From Bdellovibrionales bacterium (GTDB lineage Bacteria; Bdellovibrionota; Bdellovibrionia; Bdellovibrionales; JAGQZY01): a stretch of DNA of 64,000 bases. Made by a program: the position numbers and the translations under genes. The stretch's first letter is position 1; every line of letters begins with the position of its first letter. Below the pieces are notes generated by a model, which saw only the letters and a list, made by a program, of their open reading frames with translations, was not told the DNA's origin and made no database searches. This document shows, piece by piece, positions 10,097 through 20,006 of the stretch. The stretch covers positions 191,863 to 255,862 of the forward strand of contig JANPLN010000015.1 in NCBI GenBank assembly GCA_031426555.1, read 5' to 3'.

Positions 10097-11228
10097 ATGG
10101 CACTGGGCGGCAACTCACGATTTTGTTCTCTTCCGTTTGTTCGACGAGTTGTTGCGCCGTCGGGAATGCTCCGACCTTGTTGTGATTTTTCGGCACCCTA
10201 CAGCTACAGCGACGAGGATTTCAAAAATTTGCAAGCTGCGTTATTGGCCGATATTCCCCATCCCCATTGCAGGATCTGCTGGGAAAAAGAAGCGGTGGGT
10301 GTGGAGTCGCTGCGCTCCGAAAAAACCTACGATAACTTAAATCGAATTCGAGTTCTCGAATTGAATTTATCAAACCTCTGCAACCTGAAGTGTAGAATGT
10401 GCGGTTCAGATTCCAGCAGTGCATGGATTGAGGATGAGATCTTTCTGAGGGAAAAAATTATCGATGATCCGTTTCGACCAAAACAAATTGAAAAGCTTGA
10501 GCGGGCTTTTAATAACAAAAAAGCTCTTTTTGATTTTTTAAATTCTTTAGATTTGCAGGATTTGGAGCACATCACGTTTTTTGGCGGTGAGCCTTTTCTT
10601 CAACCACTGTTTGCGGAAGTGCTGGAGTATTTAATCCGTAGTAATAGAACCAATATTTCTCTTCGTGTGACAACAAATGGAACAATTGTTTTAGATAAAC
10701 ATTTGTCCCTGCTAAAACAGTTTGAGCGCGTTGATTACAGACTGAGTATAGAGGCCGTTGGAAGTTTGTATAAATACATCCGGGGTGGTGAAAAGTTTTC
10801 CTTGGCCGACGTCGAAAAAAAATCTTCATAATATTAAAAACACCACCCACTTTCAGGTTTCTGCAAACTGCGCCCTCAGCGCATACAGCGCTTTTGGAAT
10901 TGCAGATCTTTACATTTGGCTGAACGAAAATCTTGGTGGCGCCGTTGGAAAGGCGCATTGGTATGATGTTTTTGATCCTCCATATCTCGCACCGAAGGTG
11001 CTCCCTTTAGCGATCCGTTTACGAGCAAGAGATCACAATGTTGAAATTCTTCAAAACCATGGGCTTTTATCAAAACACCTTGAACTAGAGGTAAGCAGGT
11101 TACTGCAAATACAAATACCCACGAAACGCGAGGAAACTGCGCAATTTTTAAAATTTACTCGGATATTGGATGAAAGAAGGAATGAAAACTTTTTTTCTTT
11201 TTTACCAAAGGATATCGATTTTATTTAA
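10097..11228 (+). pseudogene. Twitch-like radical SAM gene split by a one-base frameshift in an A8 run (10815-10822)
   Basis: 5' ORF has CSLPF..RPCC..CRIC, CNLKCRMC, GGEP; 3' ORF has PPYL and FTRILDERRNENF; removing one A gives VEKNL as in the paralogue at 4..552. Confidence 0.85.
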
Positions 11229-11533
11229 ATTTCAGTATTGTCGGTATCGCCGGCCGCATCGCTGTCCTGCGAGGGTTTCGAATTTCCACTGAGCTGGAGT
11301 TGAGCATTGTCTTTAGAAACATCGCTCGATGCAGGATCGAGTGACGTCACTCCCGGTCCACCGCTATTTAGAGAGGCCGCGATGGCCACAAAATTTGCAA
11401 CTTGATCGGCAAATGAGGGAGTGGACGACCCGCCGGCGCGCAGGTTTGGATCGTCAGCGGAATTTAAACGAGCGAATGCAACGGATGCGGTGAGTGCGCT
11501 CATTGAAACAAAAAGAATATATTTTTTTATCAC
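11225..11533 (-). CDS. Small exported low-complexity protein
   Basis: GTG 11533 with GAGGGG SD; signal peptide KKYILFVSMSALTASVAFA; Ser/Ala/Asp-rich body. Confidence 0.65.
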   Translation of the reverse strand: MIKKYILFVSMSALTASVAFARLNSADDPNLRAGGSSTPSFADQVANFVAIAASLNSGGPGVTSLDPASSDVSKDNAQLQLSGNSKPSQDSDAAGDTDNTEI

Positions 11534-11562
11534 GAAATTCCCCTCAAAAAATCTTAACATAC

Positions 11563-11589
11563 CTATCGACATATTCCACAAGTGATTCA
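11563..11589 (-). promoter_or_regulatory. Sigma28-like promoter
   Basis: TGAA-N15-GTCGATAG on the minus strand, 30 nt upstream of GTG 11533. Confidence 0.45.
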
Positions 11590-11633
11590 AATTTTTTTGT
11601 AAAAAGTCTCGTATTGAGACAATGGCTAAAAGT

Positions 11634-12104
11634 CTAGAATGCGCGCTTTGCTTTAAAAAATTCTTTTAAAACCAAAGCGCATTCGGACTCGAGAATGCCA
11701 CCGACCACTTCCACTTGATGGTTGTGTTTGCGATTTGATAGAAGACCAAAAATACTTTCGGCCCCACCCTTGGGATCGGAAGCGCCATAGACCAATGTTT
11801 TAATCCGGGCCTGAATCAAGGCCCCAGCACACATCGCACAGGGTTCTAGGGTGGTGACCAACACACAGTCCACCAACCGCCACGAACCCAGGCGCTGACT
11901 GGCCTCCTGAAGGGCGAGGAGTTCGGCATGGGCCGAAGGGGATTGTAGAGCTTCGCGTAAATTATGGGCACGTGCAATAACTCGGTCATCCTTGATCACC
12001 AAGGCCCCCACCGGCACCTCGTCTTTGCCAGCGGCAATACGAGCCTCATCCAGGGCCAAACGCATCCAGTTTTCATGATTTTCGGAAAGATTCACGGCAT
12101 CCAT
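11634..12104 (-). CDS. tadA: tRNA adenosine(34) deaminase
   Basis: EVPVGA, AHAE, TLEPCAMCAGA, DPKGG, C-terminal FF..KR. Confidence 0.93.
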   Translation of the reverse strand: MDAVNLSENHENWMRLALDEARIAAGKDEVPVGALVIKDDRVIARAHNLREALQSPSAHAELLALQEASQRLGSWRLVDCVLVTTLEPCAMCAGALIQARIKTLVYGASDPKGGAESIFGLLSNRKHNHQVEVVGGILESECALVLKEFFKAKRAF

Positions 12105-12202
12105 AGTCCGCCAATTTATAAGGCGTTTCGCCCAATGTCATTAAAGATGACAGCCTAAAGTACTTTTGTTAAGACCATCCGTTGAAGGGCAGGTGATTGA
12201 CT

Positions 12203-12403
12203 ATGTCATTAGTAAGATTGCGCGATGGCGAGAGCTTTGAACAGGCTTTCCGTCGTTTTAAGAAATCCTGCGAAAAATCAGGCGTATTATCCGAAGTTAA
12301 AAAGCGCGAACATTACGAAAAACCTGGCGTTCGAAAAAAGAAAAAATCGATGTCGGCTCGTAAACGTTCGTTAAAAAAAGTACGCCGCTTTGGAGATTAC
12401 TAG
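12203..12403 (+). CDS. rpsU: 30S ribosomal protein S21
   Basis: [19 protein letters not shown]; first gene of the rpsU-dnaG-rpoD operon. Confidence 0.96.
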   Translation: MSLVRLRDGESFEQAFRRFKKSCEKSGVLSEVKKREHYEKPGVRKKKKSMSARKRSLKKVRRFGDY

Positions 12404-12436
12404 CCAGTAGATTACTAACTTGGAGATTTATTAGTC

Positions 12437-12889
12437 ATGTCGCTTAAGCAACAGATATCAGATGACACCAAAGACGCTATGAAGGCGAGGGATGCTGACA
12501 AGGTTAGCACTCTTCGCTTTTTACAAGCTGCTGTTAAAAATAAGGAAATCGAAATCCGTCCCAACGCTTTAACCGATGAAGACGTGGTGACGGTCCTTAG
12601 AAAGTCCGTCAAACAACGACAGGACTCGATCGAACAGTATGTGTCTGCGGGGCGAACAGACCTCGCCGACAAAGAAAAAATGGAGTTATCGATTATCGAG
12701 GGATACTTACCCAAGCAAATGAGCGCAGATCAAATCGAGGCTGTTGTAAAACAGGCTATCAAAGATGTCGGTGCCACGTCGCCCAAGGAAATGGGAGCCG
12801 TGATGAAAGCGGTTCAAGCGAAAACTAACGGTACCGCAGACAACAAGATCGTCAGCGAAATAGTCAAAAAGTTACTTCAGCCCCAATAA
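12437..12889 (+). CDS. GatB/YqeY domain protein
   Basis: DAMKARD, KQRQDSIEQY..AGRTDLA, YLPKQMS, MGAVM. Confidence 0.93.
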   Translation: MSLKQQISDDTKDAMKARDADKVSTLRFLQAAVKNKEIEIRPNALTDEDVVTVLRKSVKQRQDSIEQYVSAGRTDLADKEKMELSIIEGYLPKQMSADQIEAVVKQAIKDVGATSPKEMGAVMKAVQAKTNGTADNKIVSEIVKKLLQPQ

Positions 12890-12905
12890 TTAATGTTGAG
12901 ATAAC

Positions 12906-12938
12906 GGAGCCCCCTTCCAAGGGAGCTCCTCTTTATTT
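12906..12938 (+). terminator. Hairpin between yqeY and dnaG, probable attenuating terminator
   Basis: GGAGC-C-CCCTT / AAGGG-A-GCTCC stem followed by TCTTTATTT. Confidence 0.55.
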
Positions 12939-12955
12939 GGGGATAGGAACTACAA

Positions 12956-14782
12956 TTGAAATTTAACCAAGACTTTATTGAGCAGGTCCGAGAGGCCAAT
13001 AACGTCGTCGATATTATTGGTCAGTACACGGAGCTCAAAGGCCGAGGGCACCAATTTATGGGGCTCTGTCCATTCCCTACCCACAACGAAAAATCCCCCA
13101 GCTTTTCAGTCTCGGACGACAAACAACTTTATCACTGCTTCGGCTGCAAAAGATCAGGCAATCTCTACACTTTTTTGCAGGAGCACAGCGGACTTAGCTT
13201 TACCGATGCTGTTGAGTTTCTAGCTCGCAGAGCCAACATTCCAATGCCCGAGAACATCGAAGATAACAAAGAGCGCACTCATAGAACTACTTTTTTCCGC
13301 ATCAACAAGTTTGCAGCCTCCTTCTTTTACCGCCAGCTTAAAACCTTGCCCGACGATCACATCGCCAAAAAATATCTCGTGCAGCGCGGGCTCACCGATG
13401 AGGTGGTCGATGAAATGAAAATCGGCTACGCCGGCGATAATTGGTCAGACCTTTACGAATTTTTCCGCGACAAAAGCGTGCCTCTCGAAGAAGCCGAACG
13501 CCTCGGTCTCATTAAGCCAAAAAAGAACGGCTATTTTGATTTGTTTCACCACCGCTTGATCTTTCCCATTCTCTCCACTCAAGAAGACGTGGTGGGCTTT
13601 GGCGGACGGGTGCTAGACAAAGAGCAAAAACCCAAATACCTCAACAGTCCCGAGTCGCCAGTTTTTCACAAAGGGCGCACCTTTTACGGACTCAACTTTG
13701 CTGCCAAGGCTATTCGCCAACACGATCGCGTTGTGATTGTGGAAGGCTACATGGATCAAATCGCCCTCTATTCAGCCGGGATTAAAAATGTGGTTGCCAC
13801 CTTGGGAACTGCCCTCACCGAGGACCACGCGCGGGTGATTCACAAGTACACGTCGCAGGTTGTCCTGATGTTTGATGGCGATTTTGCCGGCATGACGGCC
13901 GCCGAGCGCAGTTTGCTGCCGATGTTTGCCCAAGGATTGTGTCCGCTGGCCGTTTTTTTACCCGAGTCCTTGGATCCCGACGACTATGTAAAAAAATATG
14001 GCGCCGAAGACTTACAGAACAAAATCAATCAGGCTCAGGAGCTTTTTATCCTCATGATCAACGATTGGTTGAAAGACTCTAAGTTTACGGCGGGCGAAAA
14101 ACTCGTTTTTATGGAAAAGGTCGCACCCTTTCTCAACGCGATCAGCGATCGAAGTCTCAAAGATCTTTACGTTAAAGAGGTGGCCGCGCGACTTTCTGTG
14201 GACACAAAATGGGTGATTCGCTCTCTGCAGGACGAGGCACCAAAGCCTCTGGTTTCGCAAAAACCAGCATCGCTTGAACAAAAACCAACGGCACCCGCTG
14301 TTGACCCCAATGAACCTCCTCAGTGGAAGCTCAAAGGCGCTCCAAAGGAGGAGCTTTATCTGCTGGGGGTTGTCCTTAACTCACCAGAATCACTTGTCAA
14401 AGTGATCGATACAGAGGTGGGAGCGAAATTTTCTTCAGAGTCCGTGAAAAAACTACTGTCCCTTGTCATCGAGAGATATAGACAAAATCCAAGTGATTTT
14501 GATAAGCTGGCGCCGCTAGTGGTCTCGCGCATAAAGGACCCTGAAGAACTTACAGGTTTGTTTAAATTTTGGTCCCTGGATGGACCCGATGGCGAGGTTA
14601 TGAAGACCACCTTGAGCTGTATTAAAAGGGTCGAAGCGCACCATTCTCGGCGCCAAAGCCAAATAATAGCAGGACAGCTCCAAAACGGAGTGGAAGGTAC
14701 GAGTTTAGAAAAGTTGGAACAGATCATGAATATACACAAGAATCGAATTCAATTAAATCGCCCCGTAAAAGGAGAGCCATGA
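12956..14782 (+). CDS. dnaG: DNA primase
   Basis: CHC2 zinc finger ([17 protein letters not shown]), [32 protein letters not shown]. Confidence 0.98.
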   Translation: MKFNQDFIEQVREANNVVDIIGQYTELKGRGHQFMGLCPFPTHNEKSPSFSVSDDKQLYHCFGCKRSGNLYTFLQEHSGLSFTDAVEFLARRANIPMPENIEDNKERTHRTTFFRINKFAASFFYRQLKTLPDDHIAKKYLVQRGLTDEVVDEMKIGYAGDNWSDLYEFFRDKSVPLEEAERLGLIKPKKNGYFDLFHHRLIFPILSTQEDVVGFGGRVLDKEQKPKYLNSPESPVFHKGRTFYGLNFAAKAIRQHDRVVIVEGYMDQIALYSAGIKNVVATLGTALTEDHARVIHKYTSQVVLMFDGDFAGMTAAERSLLPMFAQGLCPLAVFLPESLDPDDYVKKYGAEDLQNKINQAQELFILMINDWLKDSKFTAGEKLVFMEKVAPFLNAISDRSLKDLYVKEVAARLSVDTKWVIRSLQDEAPKPLVSQKPASLEQKPTAPAVDPNEPPQWKLKGAPKEELYLLGVVLNSPESLVKVIDTEVGAKFSSESVKKLLSLVIERYRQNPSDFDKLAPLVVSRIKDPEELTGLFKFWSLDGPDGEVMKTTLSCIKRVEAHHSRRQSQIIAGQLQNGVEGTSLEKLEQIMNIHKNRIQLNRPVKGEP

Positions 14783-16578
14783 ACAAGCCGAAAAAAGAAG
14801 AGGTTCCCGTTATAACCGTCGACGAACAAAAAAAGATGATCAAAGAAGAGCTCAGAAAGCTCGTGGAGCTTTCGTTAAAAAAAGGCTCTCTCACTGTTGA
14901 AGAAATCAATGAGTCCGTCGCTGTTGAAATCATAGCTTCCGAGGCTTTAGATTCTCTTATGCATGGCCTCGAGGTGCAAGGTGTGAGTATCACTGAGCAT
15001 GTGCACGAAGAGGAAGAGGGCGAAGAAACAGCCTTCCTCGAAGAGATAGATGACAGCGAAGAAGAAGACGTGGCAGAAGCTACCGACGTTAAAGGCAGTG
15101 ATCCTGTTCGCATGTACTTGCGCAAGATGGGAAGCGTTTCGCTTTTAACTCGCGAAGGTGAAGTGCAAATTGCCCAGAGAATCGAAAAAGGGGAGCGCCA
15201 AATCGTGCGCGCCATCCTTACTACACCCATCGGAACGCGCGAGATCATCAACCTTGGTGAGCGCGTGGACAAAGGCCGTTTAAAAGTAAAAGCGATTTTC
15301 CGTGGTCTTGAGGACGAAGAAACTCAATACAACGAGCAAGAGTACATCGATAAAATTCACGAATTGATTGGCGAAGTTAAAAAGTACGAAAAGAAAGCCA
15401 AGCGATTTTTTAAAGTTCTCGAGCAAGTCGAAGTTTCCGAAAAAGACAAAAAAGATGCCGAGCAAGAAATCTCTGTAATGGTGGACGAGTTGATGGTGAA
15501 GTTTGAATCCATTAACTTTAACCGCAAAACAATCAACCGGGTTGTTATTAAGTTTAAAAACTTAGTTCAACGCATGTCGCAGCTTCAAGGTCGCGTGAAA
15601 GAAGCCGTTGCAAAAACGTTCTCCAAAGATCTTACGGTTCTTGCCGAGCGCTATGCAAAAGTGGAATCCAGCGAAAAAGAAATCGCAGTTATGACCCGCG
15701 AAACAGGTTTAAATTTTAACAAATTCCGCGGGTACTATTTGTCGGCGTCGGACGCACAGTTGCGTGTTTCCACACTGACCGAAGACACGCAGATGCATTT
15801 CAATTGGATTCGCGAAACCAACACAGCCATTTGGCGTGGTGAGCGCGATGCAGACCGTGCAAAATCAGAGCTCGTTGAGGCCAATCTTCGACTTGTGGTT
15901 TCCATCGCAAAAAAATACACCAACCGTGGACTTCAGTTTTTGGATTTGATTCAAGAAGGCAACATCGGTTTGATGAAAGCCGTTGATAAGTTTGAATACC
16001 GTCGTGGATACAAGTTTTCTACGTACGCCACGTGGTGGATTCGTCAGGCTATTACTCGCGCCATTGCCGATCAAGCGCGCACAATTCGTATTCCCGTGCA
16101 CATGATCGAAACCATCAACAAGCTTGTTCGTACATCGCGCTACCTTGTTCAGGAATTGGGGCGCGAGCCACAGCCTGAAGAGATCGCAGTGAAAATGGAT
16201 ATGCACGTTGATAAAGTTCGCAAGGTTTTAAAAATCGCCAAAGAGCCAATCAGTCTCGAAACCCCAGTGGGTGAAGAGGAAGATTCGCACTTGGGAGATT
16301 TTATTGAAGACAAAAAAGTTATCAATCCTGCAGAAGCCATTGTGAACTTAAACTTGGCCGAACAAACACGCCGAGTTCTTTCCACGCTCACAGCGCGCGA
16401 AGAAAAAGTTCTCCGCATGCGTTTTGGTATCGGCGAAGAGAGCGATCACACGTTAGAAGAAGTGGGTCAGGATTTTAACGTAACACGCGAACGAATTCGT
16501 CAAATTGAAGCGAAGGCTTTGCGCAAGCTTCGTCATCCATCCCGCTCTGCCAAACTCAAAGCGTTTATAGATAGTTAA
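14779..16578 (+). CDS. rpoD: RNA polymerase primary sigma factor
   Basis: [62 protein letters not shown]. Confidence 0.99.
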   Translation: MNKPKKEEVPVITVDEQKKMIKEELRKLVELSLKKGSLTVEEINESVAVEIIASEALDSLMHGLEVQGVSITEHVHEEEEGEETAFLEEIDDSEEEDVAEATDVKGSDPVRMYLRKMGSVSLLTREGEVQIAQRIEKGERQIVRAILTTPIGTREIINLGERVDKGRLKVKAIFRGLEDEETQYNEQEYIDKIHELIGEVKKYEKKAKRFFKVLEQVEVSEKDKKDAEQEISVMVDELMVKFESINFNRKTINRVVIKFKNLVQRMSQLQGRVKEAVAKTFSKDLTVLAERYAKVESSEKEIAVMTRETGLNFNKFRGYYLSASDAQLRVSTLTEDTQMHFNWIRETNTAIWRGERDADRAKSELVEANLRLVVSIAKKYTNRGLQFLDLIQEGNIGLMKAVDKFEYRRGYKFSTYATWWIRQAITRAIADQARTIRIPVHMIETINKLVRTSRYLVQELGREPQPEEIAVKMDMHVDKVRKVLKIAKEPISLETPVGEEEDSHLGDFIEDKKVINPAEAIVNLNLAEQTRRVLSTLTAREEKVLRMRFGIGEESDHTLEEVGQDFNVTRERIRQIEAKALRKLRHPSRSAKLKAFIDS

Positions 16579-16590
16579 ACTACCAATTCG

Positions 16591-16632
16591 GAATCCTGGA
16601 GACTGTTAACGGTATCCGGGATTCTGTATTTT
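16591..16632 (+). terminator. Hairpin after rpoD
   Basis: GAATCCTGGA...TCCGGGATTC inverted repeat followed by TGTATTTT. Confidence 0.45.
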
Positions 16633-16635
16633 CAC

Positions 16636-16712
16636 GGGGGTGTAGCTTAGTTGGTTAAAGCATCCGGCTCATAACCGGAGGATCCGCGGTTCAAGTCCGT
16701 GCACCCCTACCA
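16636..16712 (+). tRNA. tRNA with CAT anticodon (elongator Met or Ile2; not initiator type)
   Basis: Acceptor GGGGGTG/CACCCCT-A-CCA, anticodon arm TCCGG-CTCATAA-CCGGA, GGTTCAAGTCC T-arm; lacks the C1:A72 mismatch and three G-C pairs of fMet. Confidence 0.93.
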
Positions 16713-16899
16713 TACTTTCGATCGTTAGTTTTGTGGTTTTCGTTTTTCCATTTTCATTTCTTAGTTTACCTGCACGGACAGATCGCTTTCGCGATCATGC
16801 GTGCTCACCTTCGCCTTCGCTTCGGGTCGCACGCATATGCTCCGCACTAAAACGCGCCGTCGGTAAATTTAATAGTCCGCGTTTTACCCGCGGGCACAA

Positions 16900-16914
16900 C
16901 GTGCACCCCTACCA
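16900..16914 (+). repeat. 15-bp direct repeat of the tRNA 3' end
   Basis: CGTGCACCCCTACCA identical to 16698..16712. Confidence 0.9.
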
Positions 16915-17076
16915 CTCTTCGTCCCGTCATCCTGACGGTGCCGTCGCTTTGCCGGCCCTGTCATAATGAGTTTCGTGAAGGATCTGGCTTTCAGGCGCAT
17001 AGGGTTCGAGCTGGAAAGGTTATTAAAGTACCATTACAATTGTGGTTTCTCTTTTTCAAACTCGAAGGGGTAAAAC

Positions 17077-17499
17077 ATGATGGCTAAAAATGAAGTGCGG
17101 GAAGTTATAGATCGCGAGACTCGGGCTTGGACTGAAAAGTCGACGGATTTGCTTTTGTCGATATTTCATCCGGATATGGTTTGGGTGTGGCCGACCGACA
17201 CGAAAAACTATGATCCTCTTTCGTGGAATATGCCTCAGGGTAAGTTTGATCACGATAAGTATCTTAAAATTTATTCCGATTGGTTTTCCAAATTCGAAAT
17301 TGTAAAAAACGAACGCATCACCAGAAAAATCACGATGACTACAGAGAATGATGGTGCATTTGCCGTTGTTGATATTGATACGCTATGGCGCTCCAAAGAC
17401 GGTGAGGAATCTCATTGGTTTGGCCGTACGGGCAAGACATACGTTAAAACCAGCAACGGCTGGAAAATGATCAATCAAGTCGGTGTGTTCAATTTTTAA
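17077..17499 (+). CDS. NTF2/SnoaL-like (DUF4440-type) protein
   Basis: RAW....DLLLSIFHPD N-terminus, C-terminal YVKTSNGWKM strand pattern. Confidence 0.7.
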   Translation: MMAKNEVREVIDRETRAWTEKSTDLLLSIFHPDMVWVWPTDTKNYDPLSWNMPQGKFDHDKYLKIYSDWFSKFEIVKNERITRKITMTTENDGAFAVVDIDTLWRSKDGEESHWFGRTGKTYVKTSNGWKMINQVGVFNF

Positions 17500-17658
17500 C
17501 TAAATGTTCGCCCTATGGTGGGAAATATCAAACTGAGTCGGACGAAACATTCATCAACGATTAAATCGTTATTCACGTCTCAAAATAAATCTCAATAGAA
17601 AAATTTTAGAAATAAAAGTTATTTATCGATAAGCTAGGGACTCAAGAAACCGGGGGGT

Positions 17659-19350
17659 TTGGTGAGATTTTATTTTTTTGGTACGGTAACGGTCTTTTCT
17701 TTCTTCACTCAAGCCGCATTTGCTTACACAAATAATGGTAACAACCCTGGCAACAACAATGCTTCGGGTTACAACGGTGGTGGCTCATCACGAGGTTCCA
17801 CCAGCACAGGCTCTACGCGCTCTGGCTCTACGAGCACTTCAAGTTCCTCGCGAAGCAACACCGGTAACAACCCTGGCAATAACAATGCTGCAGGTTACAA
17901 TGGTGGGACATCTCGGAGTTCAAGCAGCACAGGCTCTACGCGCTCTGGCTCTACGAGTACTTCAAGTTCCTCGCGAAGAAACACCGGTAACAATCCGGGC
18001 AACAACAATGCTTCAGGTTACAACGGTGGTGGCTCATCACGAAGTTCAAGCAGCACAGGCTCTACGCGCTCTGGCTCTACAAGTACTTCAAGTTCTTCGC
18101 GAAGCAACACCGGTAACAACCCAGGCAATAACAACGCTGCAGGTTATAACGGCGGCACTCGAAGTTCATCAAGCTCAGGAAGTTCGACTTCCATGACTCG
18201 CGCAGAAGCGCAGAGATACACATCATCAGTCTCGACGGGAACGGCAAGAACAACTGCGCCAACCATGACGCGCGCCCAGGCGCAGGGGTATACATCGGCA
18301 ATGAGTTATGCGGGAACCCCCGAGGGTGTTCGCAGAGCCAATCAAGCCGCTGTGCTGTCGGGGTTTAGAAATGCGGAGGCAAGCTATAGAGGTCCTGCAG
18401 CCGGTACTGATTTATTTTCGGGAACTGGTCACTTGAACGATTATCAACGATCATTTTATCGAGGTGTGCACCAGCACTACACGCGGGCCGGTGTGGACCC
18501 CACACAACAACAAGTGGCTAGCGGACCGCTGCAAGACATGCTGAGCGTCCACGGAACCAACGTTACGCCGTATGACGCGCAGTTTGCGAGAGCACTGGAC
18601 GACGGGTACCGACGTGGGTTGGTTTCCATTTCGGTGCCAGGTCGAACATTTGATGGAGCACTGTTAAACGATCTCGCTCCAGCCCAACGATTTGCTCTGC
18701 AAAATTCGGTGGTGGTCGTCGGTGATGGTCAGTTTCTCATGGAAAGCGTCCAGCTCACTGGAGCCAATGGGTATTCATCAGGATCCGTGTTTTCAAGGGC
18801 GGCCACTGGCGGTCTTGTTGTTGTTAACCAGACAAGTCTTAACTTTACTTCGCGGACGCGGCGAGAGTTTGTTCAGGATACACTTTATCATGAACTGGAT
18901 CACGCCGCCGACCATGCCATTCGCGCCCATTCAAGAGCTGTCCTCGACGGACGAGTTCCAGGGGTGACAGCACGAGATCTTCAGTTGGCAGAAGAAGCCC
19001 ACGCTTTAACTACCGCCTTGACCAATCGAACGCTGGTTTCACAAATTGAAAATGTAACCATCGAAAACGGCGTGGTTGTTACTGAAGACACCGCCCGCCG
19101 AATCGCGGCCGTGAATCCCGATTTTTTGGTGAAGGACGAGTATTATATGCGGCTGAACGAGATGGAATCTTATTTTAGTCAACCAAATGTACCGGTCGAG
19201 GATCTCGCGGAGCGACTGTCTATGACGAGCAATTCGGGGCTGACTCAGCAAGAGGCGCGAGAAATCGCCCAGATTTTAAGTGAGAGCCCAGCTTTGGGCC
19301 TCGTGCGCGACGTTACAAATTCCTATGCTGAACAACATTTAAAACCATAA
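17659..19350 (+). CDS. Exported protein with Gly/Ser/Asn tandem repeats and C-terminal HExxH zinc-metalloprotease-like domain
   Basis: Signal peptide (..QAAFA), repeats, LYHELDH and downstream NEMESY. Confidence 0.7.
   Translation: MVRFYFFGTVTVFSFFTQAAFAYTNNGNNPGNNNASGYNGGGSSRGSTSTGSTRSGSTSTSSSSRSNTGNNPGNNNAAGYNGGTSRSSSSTGSTRSGSTSTSSSSRRNTGNNPGNNNASGYNGGGSSRSSSSTGSTRSGSTSTSSSSRSNTGNNPGNNNAAGYNGGTRSSSSSGSSTSMTRAEAQRYTSSVSTGTARTTAPTMTRAQAQGYTSAMSYAGTPEGVRRANQAAVLSGFRNAEASYRGPAAGTDLFSGTGHLNDYQRSFYRGVHQHYTRAGVDPTQQQVASGPLQDMLSVHGTNVTPYDAQFARALDDGYRRGLVSISVPGRTFDGALLNDLAPAQRFALQNSVVVVGDGQFLMESVQLTGANGYSSGSVFSRAATGGLVVVNQTSLNFTSRTRREFVQDTLYHELDHAADHAIRAHSRAVLDGRVPGVTARDLQLAEEAHALTTALTNRTLVSQIENVTIENGVVVTEDTARRIAAVNPDFLVKDEYYMRLNEMESYFSQPNVPVEDLAERLSMTSNSGLTQQEAREIAQILSESPALGLVRDVTNSYAEQHLKP
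17737..18185 (+). repeat. In-frame coding tandem repeat, about 3.5 units of 126/123 bp
   Basis: Unit starts at 17737, 17863, 17986, 18112 encoding GNNPGNNNA(S/A)GYNGG..STGSTRSGSTSTSSSSR. Confidence 0.95.
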
Positions 19351-19364
19351 TTGAGGGGCTACCA

Positions 19365-20006
19365 ATGAAAACTATTTCTAAAAAAGCAATCATGATAAGC
19401 ACCTTCCTTGCAATCATCTCCGGTACAACTTTCTTATTTTTTAACGCAACACTCTTCGATCGCACGTTGAGTGAGTTGATCCAAGAATCAAATAAAATTG
19501 AAAGATTGCTAAACACAAAGAGAAATCGGAGCGAAGCGAGCAAGGGATTGCTACGGGAGCACCAAGAAAGTATTAGCAACGTTATCGCCTTTAGAGCGAA
19601 AGCAAAAAGTTGCAGAGAATTGATCCGCAGAGATAAAAATCTGAAAACTGGAATCTATACGCTGTATCCTAATGACGCCGAAATTGCAGGGACTCCCGTT
19701 TTTTGCAACATAGAAGGTCGCACTGTAACTGAGATCGCCGTACAAACAAAATTGGTCAAATCCAAACAGCAGTTGGCGATTGAACAGCAAGCTGCACAAG
19801 CCCAACGAAACGCTGAGGAAGCAGCGCAAGCGGCCGAGGCGGCTCGAGTTGCACAAGAAGCGGTAGAAGCTGCAAGGGTTGCCGATTTAGCAAGAGCAGC
19901 AGCAGCAGCTCGAATCTCTCAAGCGGCCAAAGCGAAAGCTTACAAAGATATGTTATACAAGAAGGATTTAATGGGTACTTCCAGCCGTTCAGGGAATAGC
20001 CGCTGA
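19365..20006 (+). CDS. Membrane-anchored protein with a fibrinogen-C-like fragment and Ala/Gln-rich coiled coil
   Basis: N-terminal TM; SCREL..KTGIYTLYP..PVFCN; EEAAQAAEAARVA repeats. Confidence 0.55.
   Translation: MKTISKKAIMISTFLAIISGTTFLFFNATLFDRTLSELIQESNKIERLLNTKRNRSEASKGLLREHQESISNVIAFRAKAKSCRELIRRDKNLKTGIYTLYPNDAEIAGTPVFCNIEGRTVTEIAVQTKLVKSKQQLAIEQQAAQAQRNAEEAAQAAEAARVAQEAVEAARVADLARAAAAARISQAAKAKAYKDMLYKKDLMGTSSRSGNSR

Noticed and set aside
4..11590. RiPP (ranthipeptide/sactipeptide) cluster
   Set aside because: No Cys-rich precursor, RRE/PqqD domain, peptidase or ABC exporter seen; 11225..11533 has a Sec-type signal and no Cys. A precursor beyond the left edge cannot be excluded.
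14012..16418. Antisense and alternate-frame ORFs within dnaG/rpoD (and likewise within metH, aceE and the hybrid kinase)
   Set aside because: Fully nested in well-conserved genes, with no motifs; expected shadow ORFs.
16733..16966. 77-aa ORF after the tRNA
   Set aside because: It overlaps the structured spacer and tRNA-end repeat; no SD and no protein-like features.
17737..18185. Possible CRISPR array
   Set aside because: Units are 123-126 bp, in frame within a CDS, have no unique spacers and vary mainly at synonymous positions; no cas genes.
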